A stretch of DNA of 64,000 nt from Lytechinus pictus (taxonomy: Eukaryota). Numbering within the stretch: position 1 is the first letter of the stretch; each line of letters starts with the position of its first letter. The stretch is taken from NCBI RefSeq assembly GCF_037042905.1, contig NC_087251.1:7256001-7320000 (forward strand), in the 5' to 3' direction. Positions 36,201 to 47,910 of this stretch are shown here, piece by piece. The position numbers were made by a program, and so were the translations under genes. The notes beneath the pieces are model-generated. The model searched no databases. It was not told the DNA's origin and saw only the letters and a list, made by a program, of their open reading frames with translations.

Positions 36201-39200
36201 ATGCTTTGCCAAACAGGCTAGATGTATTAACATCCTGCAAAAAATTAAAAAGTATTAAACATGAGAAAATTAATCAGTTCCATTTTAAGAAATCAGGTAC
36301 ACGATGTGTGCATTTGCAAGGTATTGTAAGGGTTGAATTATATGTCATGTAATGTTTACTTTAATCTAATTGTCTATTTTATACTTTGCTCTCCATACTT
36401 CTCTTCACTTCCCATTTCTATACCATTGTCACACACCGTTTCTGTCATTCCTTGGTTTCTACATCACAGAAATTCCCACTGCCATTCCAACTACAGCTCC
36501 ACATATTTCTCTATTATCATCAAAATTCTTATCTTTATTCAGAACATTGTAGGCTCCACTCATATCATACTACATAATGGTTCCTCTTTATCCCTTGGTT
36601 CTGTCATTCTTGAACAACTGGCCATCTTACAGTGTGAACATGGCACATGCATAATGTCATGTCATCATGTAGGGGAAGGCAGGGTAAGTTGAGCATAGGG
36701 GCAAGTTGAGCCACCGCCCCCAGGCCAATAATGAATTAGTTAGACATTATGGTGGTGTCATGTATTGATGACCCATTACATAACCCTTAACCCCACCACA
36801 TTGTTTTCAACTTTGAAACAAAAAGTACTTTTTTAGAGGGAAAAATACAAATTTCAGCCAAAAAAGTAAAAAAGGGTGTGAAATAGATAAGTGTTTTTTA
36901 CACACACACTTCTTTACATATAATAAAGCATATGAACAACATTGTCAGTCCAAGTATGGATCTTCATTCTTGTCACAGTTTTTTACATGATGGATAAATA
37001 AAAGAAATGTGTGGATGCGAAATTATCGCATTAAGTTCGGACTGGGGTAAGTTGAGCCAGCAAACATGGGGCAAGTTGAGCCATGGTAATTCGTATGGTA
37101 ATGTAAATGAAAACACAATCAAACCTTAAAAAGCCATCGATATGCAGGCAGAAAAGACAGTTCTTTTACTTTTAGAGAATGTTAGTATTTTTAGAGAATT
37201 AGCAAGTGAAAAGACTTTAAATAAAAAATTGACATGCTGGTTCTTCCCGCATACATTTTGTACATAGTTTTTGTGGCTCAACTTACCCTCAAAGGTGGCA
37301 CAACTTACCCCACAGATGGGGCAAGTTGTGCCACTTGACATCGTTTTTTTCAAAGGTCACAACGACTTTCAGTGTGGGGGTAGAAAGTTGAATATAGGTG
37401 AAAAAGATTTCCCAATAATCATATTTAAAGGCAAGGTACTTATTTCTACAATATTATTAGTCATATCAATTCTATCATGCAAAATGCAAAAAGTGTCACA
37501 ACTTACCCCGCCTTCCCATACCATTTGATCGCCAGGGTGGGAAAATCTACATGGGAACATCTACAATCATGTACACTTACATGTACATGTTTGTAAATGT
37601 CTGAAAAATCAGGGTAACTTTAGATGTGGAAACTTTTGTTTCTATTTTCTCAATTAAAATTGTTTTGAAGGTGGGTGTTTCATAAAGCTGATCGTAAGTT
37701 AAGAGCGACTTTAAGAACGACTGGTGATCCTTTCTTGTGGGAAATGATATTGACCGTTAAATGTTCATTGGCAATTATTTAAAGCGTAAGAGAGGCTCAC
37801 CAGTCGTTCTTTAAGTCGCTCTTAACTTACGAACAGCTTCATGAAACACCCACCAGGCTTCCACTGCAGGGTAACCTCAAAATGTAGTCTTTCTCCAGTG
37901 TTGCCAGGTCCAAGCTGAAGAAAATCCCCAAAAGGCACTAGAAAAATCCCAAAATTGCATGGACCCCAATCCCACAATTTTTTTGATAAAAGATCATTGA
38001 TATCATGGTTATTGCCACTAACTAGTTACATTGTAATGTGTGCTTGTTCACACTGCTGCAGATTTTTTTTTTGGTTAAGGTTTTGATGCAACACCATTTA
38101 GGTTGGAAACACTACAATGGGCATACGACTATAAAGTCCAGTTTACTGAATTAATCGGTTCAATTGCATAAGACATGCACTGATGTACAATCTCTGTGTT
38201 AACTATCTAAAGTAGATCGTATATATTAGCGTTCATAGAGATATTACTAGTTTGCGTAATCATATCTCTATGCAAGGGTTATACCCGGGTGTTCCAGGGG
38301 AATCCAGCCTTGGCCATAAAATTTTGTGTTGGGAAGGAGAAAAATAAATTAAACAGAATGGTGAAAGTTTTAAAGAAATCGGACAAGCAATAAGAAAGTT
38401 ATAGCTCTGCTTTAAAATTGAGATCACTAATACTATGTAGACTTCAAATTGGCAACTGGGTAAGTAAATTATGACAAGGGGCAAGGACAACTTTACCATA
38501 GGCCATGTACTTTATTATCAGGGATTTGTAGTTTTCTCCTAAGTACCCATTCCCCTGGGGCAGTAATCTAAATATAACCCAGGTAGTATATATTGTTTTA
38601 TGTCCTCATGAAAAAAAAATACAATTTGAAATAAAACTTAAGGGAAAAATTACATTTTAGCCATAATATGTATTGGAGTACATGGAAGAGTAGTCCTTGC
38701 CTTACATCACTATGACATCCCATATGCAGCCAATTTGAAGTCTCTATGGGTATAGTGATTACCAATATTTACAACTTTTAAAAATTCATAACTTTCTTGC
38801 TGTTTGTCCAATATTGTTCAAACTTTCACCTACAATGTATCAACTTGTCTGATTTTTCTTTTCCTTATAAACAAGTTTTTATTTGGGTTGGATTCCCCTT
38901 TAATGAAAAATAGCAAATTTTATTGCTTTCCAACAAAACCTTCAAAACTCCCCTAAAATAGACAAAAAATCCCAATTTTTTTTAATACCCAAAATATATT
39001 TTTTTTATCCCCAAAGGCTTCTGAAAATAAATCCCCAAATTTCTCATCAAATCCTAGAATCATGTTGTAAGCCTGAGTCATATCGATTATTTTCAAACCG
39101 GTGTTCAACAGCTTTGATTTGATCGAACATCGATGAATCGAATTTTGAAGGCGGGAAAATCAAGTCAATTTTTTGCTCTGTCTCGTTGATATGCACATAC

Positions 39201-42200
39201 GCGCACACTGCCACGATATGCTCTGAGCTTGAGAGGGGTACAGTGTAAGCACTGCACAAGCAGATGACAGAGCAAAGATCCTTTGTATCACAAAAAAAGG
39301 GACCATTGCAGAATTCTTCCCAAAATATTTAAAACAATAACATTTGCAGATGACAACATAATACATTTACTTAAAATAAAATAATATTAAAGATATAAAT
39401 CACGCAGTCGATCAGAACGACTCTCGGTCAACTGCACTCACAGTCCAGACTCCCACACACTAGCCGCCCCTCTCCCGAAACAACAGGCGTGCTTGCCGGT
39501 CAACAAGGGCTATATACTAGTTGAGAGAGTGTGTAACTAGCCTGAGTTGTAATTGGATAAAAAATGAGCTCCAAATTGAAGGAAATAAATATCATACGTA
39601 ATTTTCTCTGGATTGTCATTTAAATTGGTATTCTATGCTGACATTACGATTGTGAGGAAAGTCTATGGAATATGAGTTATGACGATGTTTGAGAATTAAT
39701 CCTGATATGATTGATAATCCATTTTTAATTTTAGACACAACACAAGTGCAGAGCAAGCGATTGAAATAAATATGAATGTCTCAAATCGAGCTCTAAATTT
39801 ATATAAATGATTATTGGATGTACATTATTGTTACATGTAAATTATTATGATTTACTAAGATTCTAAGCCCATACTAAAAATATTGTCAATTGTCAGCAAA
39901 GTTATGTTATGTTCATTATTTTTATTTTTTATTCCATCTCTGAGAGCTCTGTCAATGCGTCCGATCTGAGCTCCGAGAAAAGAAGCACAATGCGCATGCG
40001 CGATTTATTACATATTTTCCATTCATGAAATCAGCGCTCAACTGCCGAGTTGGGCACAACGAGCTTAATATTGATGGAAATAAATATCATACGTCATTTT
40101 CTCTGCTTTGTCATGTAAAATGGTATTCTACATGTATGGTGATATTACGATAGTGAGAAGAGTTTCTGCAAAGACGATGTTTGAGAATCAATCTTGACAT
40201 ATTTTTTTAGACAAGTGCAGCTCATCTCTCGATCACGAATTTTTGATGTCCGTCATTAAAATGGAAACGAAATACAAATGTTTCACATCAAGCTCTAAAT
40301 TTATATAAAAATTATTATATGCAAATTATTGTTAGAATATTACGATTAAATGATATTCTATGGTCATAACTTATATAAGCAAGGTTTATTTTACATTGAT
40401 CGCGTCATAATATTCCTTTTCAGATCAATTTTGATCTGGTTTGATTAAAGCAGTACGCATGCGCGATCGATGATGATAAATTCCATTCATGAATTCATCG
40501 TGCAACGTGCATAAATTATCTCAGTACGAACAGACGAGTAATTAAAACTCAAACTACTGTAGGATCAAAATAAACTTCAAATTAATGGCGAATAGATCTA
40601 GGCATCATAATTACAGTCACAATAGGTTTCATTTTGGGGGAATATAAATAAAGTAAGTAGTAGTTAAGTTAGACATTACTCTTTATTTTGATGATTGTGT
40701 GTACCAAACGAAACGGCCACATTTCTTTTCTTCGATCACACTGTCATTTTTTTTTTGATGCACCGATTTTGCACAATCTGCACCGACGCTCGATGACATC
40801 GATCGAACACCAATTTTAAAATCGATTCAACTCAGTAATTATGACTCATTAGTCCGACATCGCCTTGTGTTTAAACTTTAAGTTTTGAGGGCCATATGTG
40901 ACACATTTGTGAAGTCGAAAAATGACCATCGCCCGAAGGAAAAAAAAACTTCCTTAATTTATACATCGGCGTCAAGAAAATATCACCTGAGAAATAAGAT
41001 AAATAAAGGCCGAACAAAGATTGATAATATTCATGAATTATGCAAAAAATGAAATAGAGACATATAAAGATGATTTTTCTCAATAAATTATCATTTTGTA
41101 AAAAAAAAAAAAAATTATTATAATAATTATTTATAATCACGTATTAAATTTTAGTATTTGTTAAATAATAATTTGTATCTATAAATTGTTCTTCAAAACG
41201 GCATTTTGTAACATCGCTAATCGAATGTACGTCATAACAAAGCGGTTCAAGGGTCAGACTGATTGTATTTGCTTTGTTGACAAACAAATCGATGGATCTA
41301 CACGAGATCGGTCTGGTAAGAAACCTTAAAATTTTCACTTTTTTATTAACCAATTTTTGTAACCTTCAAACGCCTACATGTAATGCGTAAATATCAATAA
41401 AATTCACCCGTACAAACCGATTTCACCCTCTAACTATGGATTTCCTAGGGAAATCCATCCGGGGGCCTGTTTCTCAACACCGTCATAAGTCTAACTTCTT
41501 GACTAAATCGGAGATAGTGAATTACTTGTCCGCTAACCGTTTCACGAAGCCCTCTTTACCAAGATCAGGTACAACAACCTCACTAAATATTTATGACACC
41601 TCCGAACCCGTCATAACTTCTTTCTTAATGACGTAGTGGCGTCACGTGGGTAGACTATGACATGCAAAAGTGCCTAGAAATTTTAAAATTATAATCTTAC
41701 GTAATCAATCACAGAGATTGAAATTACATCACAAAAAAAGTGGGTTAATGCATTCAATAATTGTAATACAAAGAAAATATAAAAACTGTTGGTATAACGC
41801 CACAAAACCATTCATTTTGAAATAGTAAAATAATTTAATCGATAAAGATTCTATCACGTCAGGCCATCCATAACTGAACTCGTATTTGCTGTTTTCAGAC
41901 CCCTATTAACAGTTGGATAAATTCTATCTTTAATTTATGCATATAATTTGTCATTATCATATGTTTCGGTATCAATGATTTAAAATGTTTCGTTAAACTA
42001 TATTTTGATGACGTTTGGAATCGTAAAAGACCGTATAATTATCATCATTTACAAAGAAAACCCTTATGGTTTACTTTCATAAACTATTAGAATTGGATAT
42101 CCTAGGGGTACCCATCTCAACGTCCACAAGTGATTTTTTAGTCATGAAATTAATTATTCATAATTTAATTTTCTCTGCAATTGAATGCTCCAGTCTTCAT

Positions 42201-45200
42201 GGTCTAAGTATGTATGATGCATAATTCACCTGTGCTATTATTTTGAAAAGATTTATTTCCCAATTCATCCCAATATTTGCAATTTTGTCATAATTTTTCT
42301 TTTTGAAAATTATGCTATTTTGTGACTAAGGCTACGTCTCGTCTGCTCTTTTTACCGATAGTATCGATATCAAGGTATTCTAGTTAGGAAGCCTTTCGAG
42401 AAACAGGTTTAGTAAGATTGGGACTAACTCTGTGGTTGGTGGATAAAGATATGACTAACTTGTCCATGTGTTGAGAAACGGGCCCCGGGTGTCTAAATGT
42501 AGGTCTCGCTTCTGCTTATTACCAAAAGCTTCGGTCTCTGTTATGTTGGTTGTTCCGCTGAACTCCGTTGGCTCCACTCGATCTGTGGAGACCAAAGTTG
42601 TAGCTCGATCTGTACAGGGACTCAATGGCCATATGTTTATTTATTAAGTTCGGATAAAACAGGGAAGCGAAGTTGCGCGACAGCTGAAGTAAGTCACTGT
42701 TTTTTCCCCTTTTGGGTGCATTTCAGGCCAAAACAGAATAATAATCTTTATTTTGGTACAGTTCTTTTTATATATTTTTATGAAATAAAGACAAAAATCG
42801 ATGAGCCCCGTCGGGGGATTTTGCATTGTTAACCCCCTAATGGTGGCTGCACGATAGTGAGCCGTCTGTGTACGAGGAGAATTAATTTTAAAAAACTCCT
42901 CGAAACAGACGGCTGCCAGCTGTCTAGGAATTACCCTTCTATGGGAAGAGTGTCAAGGCTCCATGATGAAGAAGTATATGTCAAAATATTAAAAAAACAT
43001 CATCATGGAGTCCTCAAGGCTAGATCTACCGTAGACCAAAAGCTTCGGTCTCTGTTATGTTGGTTGTTCAGCTGAACTCCGTTGGCTTCACTCACCAAAT
43101 ACAGAGACCGAAGTTCTAGCGCGATCTGTACAGGGGACTCAATGGCCATATGTTTATGTGTATTAAGTTCGGATAAAACAGGGCAGTGAAGTTGCGCAAC
43201 AGCTGAGGTAAGTCACTGTTTTTGTTCCTTTTAACTTGATTTTCCCCGTTTTTTGGCAATTAATGCCAAGAGGGAATATTAATTTGCATTTCGGTCGCGT
43301 TAATTTTCAAAAGTTTGATTCATTAAAGACAAAAATTGAAGAGCCCCGACGGGGGGATTTTGCATTGTAAGTCCCCTAATGGTGGCTGCACGATAGCGAG
43401 CCGTCTGTGTACGAGGAGAAATTTGAAAAATAAAAAAATGTTAAAAAACTCCTCGAAACAGACGGCTGCCAGCTGTCTAGATCTACTGTAGACAGCTGGC
43501 AGCCGTCTGTTTCGAAGAGTTTTTAAAAAAATTTTTTTTTAATTTCTCCTCGTACACAGACGGCTCGCTATCGTGCAGCCGAAGGGGGTTAACAATGCAA
43601 AATCCCCCGACGGGGCTCATCGATTTTTGTCTTTATTTCATAAAAAATATAAAAAGAACTGTACCAAAATAAAGTCTTAGATTATTATTCTGTTTTGGCC
43701 TGAAATGCACCCAAAAGGGGAAAAACAGTGACTTACTTCGGCTGTCGCGCAACTTCACTTCCCTGTTTTATCCGAACTTAATACATAAACATATGGCTTT
43801 TGAGTCCCTGTAGTATACCCAGTGGTTGTGTGTCCGGACACATGACTTTTACTCTCAATTTTGAAAAGTTTACAAGCAATGTCTTTAATTCTTTTTAGCA
43901 CAGAATATAAGAAAATATTATAAAGAACAAATATTGATGGTGAAAAAAAACTATTCAACCTATATTTTTGGTTTATTCCTGAGATAAAAACAAGGCTTCA
44001 TTTCTGTTACGTGTCCGGACACCCAACCCCCCATCCTACAGATCGAGCTAGAACTTTGGTCTCTGACTCTGTATTTGGTGAGTGGAGCCAACAACATGTT
44101 CAGCGGAACAACCAACATAACAGTATGGCAGTGAGTCCAAACTTCGCGCGTGTCCATACTTCGCGGACGGTCATTATCTAAAAAACTAGCCAATATCCTT
44201 AAAATCTGACATCACCAACGTGAAAAGCGACCTAAAATTACCCTTTGGTGTAAGTTTCTTTAGGATGAGTTCAGTATTCATGAAAATATTGGCAAAAGAT
44301 CGGCAAATTTGTCGCCGTTAGCGCCCGTTTTGAAGAAATCTGATATTCTCAACAAGCATCACGATATCACCATTTTGCAAGCATAAATCATCAAAAATGT
44401 GAGTTAAATATTGTACTAACCGATTCTATAGCATTTTGCCATCAATCTGATATAAATTTTTCACTTTTTCAGCTTGAGTTTCTGTTTAAATCTCCACAAA
44501 AACTTTGGTCCGCGAAGTTAGGTCACACTTTTTCTGAACGGTTTTCCAGCACAGCGCGCATTTGCCGATCGGAATAGAATTTTGAGATCGCGATACCGGC
44601 GAAAGCCCTTGACCTACTTCACATTTTCGTCCATGATTTTATACTTTACGATCTTGCCGTCAATGTGGTAACTATTTCTTGAATTCTTTTTGTATGAATT
44701 ATGAATATTTTGTGAAAAAAAATCAGCCTGATGAATATTTTTGAAAAGTGCGCGAAGTTTGGACACCCCATCATACACTAACAGTAACAGAGACCGAAGC
44801 GAAGCTTTGTTTTGGTCTAGATCATTATTCATAGATAGATCTACCGGTATTTCTCTCAAATTTTTATGAGAGAATCAGATAGGCCTAGTACTGATTACTG
44901 GATAGATCTGTTTCAGTCAGTGTTTGACAGTTTGGAACTTTAAGTTTAAGTTTGGTTCACTAAGTCAAAGACACTAGACACTACTCAGCTCAGCCTCAGC
45001 GGCGTAACAGGGGTCGGTGGCCAGGGGGGGCAAGAGCCAAAAATTTCCCGGTCACATCATGGTATGAACAGGCGTAATTGTGTAATGAGGGGACTATTTT
45101 GAGAAGGCCGGATATTGCGTATCGGGCAGGATTTATCTTCTTTTTTTTTATTGCGAGCGAGCGAGCAAAAATTTTGGCCTTTTTAATACAAAAATCCAAT

Positions 45201-46914
45201 TTTGTGATAGATTTTGACATGATATCCAATTAATAATATATTTAACTCTTCTCTCTTTAGATTCCTTTTTTGTGGTCTGTACGCCACTGTGAACTGTGGG
45301 CGCAGTATAGCACATGTGCTAAAAAGCTGCTTTATATAAGTCCCGAGCGAGCGAAGCGAGCGAGAAAAATCACCTTTTCATGAGAATCTAACTCTGAGCT
45401 ATTTTTTGACATTATATTCAGTAAATAAAATCATATCCTACACTTTTCCTTTGCTTTTCTTTCCTCCTTTTTTGTTCTTGTTTGTAGAACTTTTTGGGGC
45501 CATGACCCAACCATTCCATACGCAACCATGCGGTTGGGGTCCGGGGCGGAGCCCCCGGAACTTCTTGATATCAAAGCCATTTAAACCTCGCAGATTGCCG
45601 CTATTTTAATCAAATCGCGGGCATATACAGAATATAGCTTTTACACAGCACATTTATTCAACCCAGTTGCGCAAAAGTCGCCAGCGTGCAAAGCGAGCTG
45701 AAAAAAAAAAATTGCCTTTTGAAATTAAATTCTAATTATGTGATAGATTTTCCATTATATTCAGCAAATAACACATTTTATTGTTTCCATTCATTTCATT
45801 ACACGTTGTCTCCTATAATTTCTTTTATTTCCTCTTGGGTGTGGAACCAAGACCCCCCGCGCGCCTGTATGCCAGTAATTGAAATTGATTGAACGGGGGG
45901 GGGGGGGGGGGGGGGCGTTATATAGCCAATTGAAGGTTATAAATGAAGAGCCCCTACTGCGTGGGGTCTGGGGCAAAGCCCCGGTAGCTTATTTGCATAA
46001 AATTTAGCAAGCTTATACATAGCACAATGTTGTACGCAGTTCATCTTTCTTTCCGCTCTTTAATTTCAATCATCGGCAGCCCGGTCGTGTTATGTTTTTT
46101 TTTTCTTGTCCCTTTTCTTTGTTTTCCAATTTAGCTTTTGATTAGCCTAATTACATTCTATCTTCGTTTCCCGCTATTATTTGCCATTTTGTCATCTTTT
46201 AATTTATTTCCCACCGTGTTATTGCATTACATAGGCCTATTTCGGAATGATTTGTACTTTCTCAAATGTTCTTCTTTCGTAGATTTTCCCGCTTTCCTTC
46301 CTTTTCCATGAAAAAAAATGAGTTTTTTCTTCGTTTTCTTTTCCCTTTCCCTTTCCTTTTCCTCCTTTCCTTTTCCCCTTTCCTTCCCCTTTCCCTTTCT
46401 TTCTCTCTCCTTTTCTTCTTTTTCCCGTTTTTCTTTTATTTTCCCGGTGAAATCCGCCAGGGGGGGCAGCTTGCCCCCCCCTGCCCCCCCGCCTGTTCAT
46501 GCTGTTAGTGTTACGCCACTGCTCAGCCTCAGTAATAAGATAAGGAAAATTATCAACTGAAAGATTTTGTGAAAAAAAAAATTCATGTTAAATCTTAACT
46601 CAAATCGACGTTAGGACTTAGGTGCGCAGACTTGTAAAGTCTAAACTTTTAAAGTCAAAGATACGTGATGTAGGAGGCCGGGCCGAGCGTTCGTCCACAC
46701 ACACACACACACGGATTGCAATACTTGGGACCACACCTCATCCCCAATCCCTGTCACAGCAAGACCTTGCGAGCTATAAATTTGGACTTACTTGTGCTTG
46801 ATGATTTTTGTGTACATCCTTCTTCTTAGAAATTCTGATACCTGAACATTTCAGATCTCGTTTTACCACACATTGTAAGGCATCCACGTTGTCTAATTCC
46901 CAAGAAAACGTCAT
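24693..46914 (-). CDS. ARHGAP11A: Rho GTPase-activating protein 11A-like (MP-GAP/RGA-3/4 type); complement(join(24693..27230,27986..28049,29773..29971,31071..31180,31644..31713,32121..32207,33697..34276,35256..35352,36149..36234,46792..46914)), 3954 nt, 1317 aa
   Basis: Ten exons with canonical splice sites and mutually consistent phases (0,2,0,1,1,2,1,2,0). N-terminal RhoGAP domain: LFGKAL...HIPRFLLEC...EGIFRISGS (arginine finger)...DVCSLFKYFFHNLPEPL...NRMDVTNLAKVFTPSLF...IENARLIGEVP. This is followed by a long S/T/P/K-rich tail mostly in one large terminal exon, the ARHGAP11A layout. RhoGAP is certain; orthology is my recognition, not a computed result. Confidence 0.85.
27986..28049 (-). 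CDS. ARHGAP11A: ARHGAP11A-like exon 9
   Basis: tcctag|GAGATC...AGCAAG|gtaagg; RSLVMNLDGEPFSTKSPRPSK. Confidence 0.8.
28217..29091. mobile_element. Kolobok-like MITE (family also at 49944-50768, 51286-51862, 61254-61509) hosting a SINE
   Basis: TTAA|AGGTCAAGTCCAC ... GTGGACTTGTCCT|TTAT; shared internal sequence among copies. Confidence 0.8.
28657..28939 (+). mobile_element. tRNA-derived SINE
   Basis: Pol III A box TGGCCCAGTGG, B box GGTTCGAATCC, central cacccagg/aaatgggtacc-type core, L2-like 3' tail ending in (TTA)n; interrupts the host MITE at gtgcatat|ataac. Confidence 0.88.
29773..29971 (-). CDS. ARHGAP11A: ARHGAP11A-like exon 8
   Basis: atacag|ATGCTG...AAAAAG|gtaaag; AVTADGETLFRYDTPSIVY...GTPKSKLKRFKELSARKLKR (a different frame from the ORF-track call). 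Confidence 0.8.
31071..31180 (-). CDS. ARHGAP11A: ARHGAP11A-like exon 7
   Basis: tttcag|GAAGGC...AAGGG|gtaaaa; KALLHKMTTDPQFSKPGLHLHRTHQGTPNQPALGER. Confidence 0.8.
31644..31713 (-). CDS. ARHGAP11A: ARHGAP11A-like exon 6
   Basis: ttttag|CGGAGT...TAAAAG|gtaact; ESPKIMKRKASEDLGSAFTSTKR. Confidence 0.8.
32121..32207 (-). CDS. ARHGAP11A: ARHGAP11A-like exon 5
   Basis: tcaaag|TACTTG...ATGCAA|gtgagt; 87 nt, phase 1-1; LVSGLGHSLGILKTASSTENILSTDTHA. Confidence 0.7.
32430..33184. mobile_element. piggyBac-like MITE
   Basis: TTAA|CCCTAAAAGGACT ... AGTCCTTTTAGGG|TTAA. Confidence 0.9.
33697..34276 (-). CDS. ARHGAP11A: ARHGAP11A-like exon 4 (RhoGAP core)
   Basis: cattag|AAAAAC...CCAAG|gtatat; 580 nt open frame KNLENGSCIPNDANPADVCSLFKYFFHNLPEPLI...SGPSFQ. 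Confidence 0.93.
35256..35352 (-). CDS. ARHGAP11A: ARHGAP11A-like exon 3 (arginine finger)
   Basis: tttcag|ATTTCT...CTACAG|gtttat; FLLECTKFLDDHLDMEGIFRISGSKSRQRDLQ. Confidence 0.93.
35654..36053. mobile_element. PIF/Harbinger-like MITE, right end truncated
   Basis: TAA|AGGCCACCGCACACCTTACGA ... TCGTAAGGT. Confidence 0.5.
36149..36234 (-). CDS. ARHGAP11A: ARHGAP11A-like exon 2
   Basis: ttgcag|GATGTT...CCAAG|gtgag; DVNTSSLFGKALHSCLLVQDEESRCHIPR. Confidence 0.9.
36672..37518. mobile_element. TA-flanked TIR element (Tc1/mariner/pogo-like); inverted copy at 47911-48758
   Basis: TA|GGGGAAGGCAGGGTAAGTTG ... CAACTTACCCCGCCTTCCCA|TA; internal ggggcaagttgagcca repeats. Confidence 0.85.
37670..37854. 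mobile_element. Short palindromic MITE
   Basis: ggtgggtgtttcataaagctg.tcgtaagttaagagcgactt ... aagtcgctcttaacttacgaacagcttcatgaaacacccacc. Confidence 0.85.
38296..38899. mobile_element. Kolobok-like MITE (another family)
   Basis: AGGGGAATCCA ... TGGATTCCCCT|TTAA; left TTAA missing. Confidence 0.65.
39575..40500 (+). repeat. Diverged tandem duplication (unit about 470-490 bp)
   Basis: gaaataaatatcatacgt.attttctctg, gacgatgtttgagaat and cgcatgcgcgat...ttccattcatgaa each occur twice in the same order. Confidence 0.75.
41463..42485. mobile_element. PIF/Harbinger-like non-autonomous element
   Basis: CGG|GGGCCTGTTTCTCAACAC ... GTGTTGAGAAACGGGCCC|CGG; 3-bp TSD. Confidence 0.75.
42519..44819. mobile_element. 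Cluster of three copies of a TAGAC...GTCTA element of about 450 bp (two direct, one inverted with nested insertions)
   Basis: Copies at about 42519-42926, 43032-43479 and inverted 43489-44819; nested TIR elements at about 43824-44030 and 44151-44768. Confidence 0.8.
44997..46521. mobile_element. hAT-like non-autonomous element
   Basis: ctcagcct|CAGCGGCGTAAC ... GTTACGCCACTG|ctcagcct; 8-bp TSD. Confidence 0.9.
46792..46914 (-). CDS. ARHGAP11A: ARHGAP11A-like coding exon 1
   Basis: aaacATG ACG TTT...GCA CAA|gtaagt; MTFSWELDNVDALQCVVKRDLKCSGIRISKKKDVHKNHQAQ; phase 0 fits the next exon; L-x(3)-GI-basic pattern resembles the ARHGAP11A N-terminus. Confidence 0.75.
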
Positions 46915-46959
46915 GTTTCAGATGAAGTTATTGCGAGTTCGACCTTCATTTGTGTACAC

Positions 46960-47010
46960 TGCAAGTTTGAAAATCCCACGCATATCAACTGCTAGCCCGT
47001 TGATTGGCTA
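46960..47010 (-). promoter_or_regulatory. Candidate cell-cycle promoter: CCAAT box plus CHR element (TTTGAA)
   Basis: Gene strand reads CCAAT (47003-47007) ... gcgtgggatt-TTCAAA (46966-46971), 52-93 bp upstream of the ATG. Confidence 0.55.
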
Positions 47011-47227
47011 GCGAAACTGGGGTCCTATTTCACAAGACTGTTGTTGTGTAAAATATGTAATGTAAACGCATAGATATATACTAATACCTCTATGTGTAAA
47101 CGCCAGTAAATAGGCCGTGGAAATTAAAAGTCTGTTTGGTTGATTTTAATCTAGTTGGTTTTGAAGTAAATTTATCTTGGTTGTCACCCTAGCAACCTTG
47201 GGCAATTTTGTTTTAATTCGCATAATT

Positions 47228-47414
47228 CAGGGGCCGCGGAACGGTTTTCAAAGTGGGGGGGTTGAGCCAAAAGTGGGGGGGGGGGCTGACTATGCAAAAA
47301 ATCACAATCATAATTAGGGTCATTTTTTCGCTTTTGAACACAGTTTTGGAAAAAAAAGTGGGGGGGGGGGGCTGAAGCACCCAGCCCCCCCCCCCCCCGC
47401 TTCCGCGGCCCCCG
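47228..47414. mobile_element. Short hAT-like MITE; related copy at about 55204-55352
   Basis: caggggccgcggaa ... ttccgcggccccc; no clear TSD. Confidence 0.55.
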
Positions 47415-47718
47415 TATAGCATAGTTTTTATATGATACAAATTCTGAAACCAGAGGTCATGATAAAAAAATTGTACATTCCGAAGTCAGTAACTGAGAAA
47501 CATAAGAATTCATTTTACATATTATAAGAATGAGGAAACATTGGAATAGTCTAAGTAATGAATTAGTAAATGCACCGAGTGTCCACAGCTTCGAGAATGG
47601 ACGCTGACCCGCCAGGACATGATCCGGCCAACCTAAAGAGGATCAGAATTTGGAGCTGAATATAGAGTCTTTGCGTCTTTGCCCTGCATGCTTTCAGAAG
47701 CATCCAGAAGTATCCATA

Positions 47719-47890
47719 ATACCTCGGTCACATTTGCTCTACGCCGGCCGTACGGCGAGGGACGGCGAGTCGAAACAGCCGTTTTATTAATTTTAATTGA
47801 AACCGCCTATTTGTAGCTGGTACAAAAATGTTAAAACGGCTGTTTTCAACTCGACGTACGGCCGCCGTAGAACAAATGTGACCGAGGTAT
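47719..47890. mobile_element. Palindromic MITE (Harbinger-like)
   Basis: atacctcggtcacatttg.tctacg ... cgtagaacaaatgtgaccgaggtat. Confidence 0.8.
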
Positions 47891-47910
47891 GACTATAAGT
47901 AAAACACATA

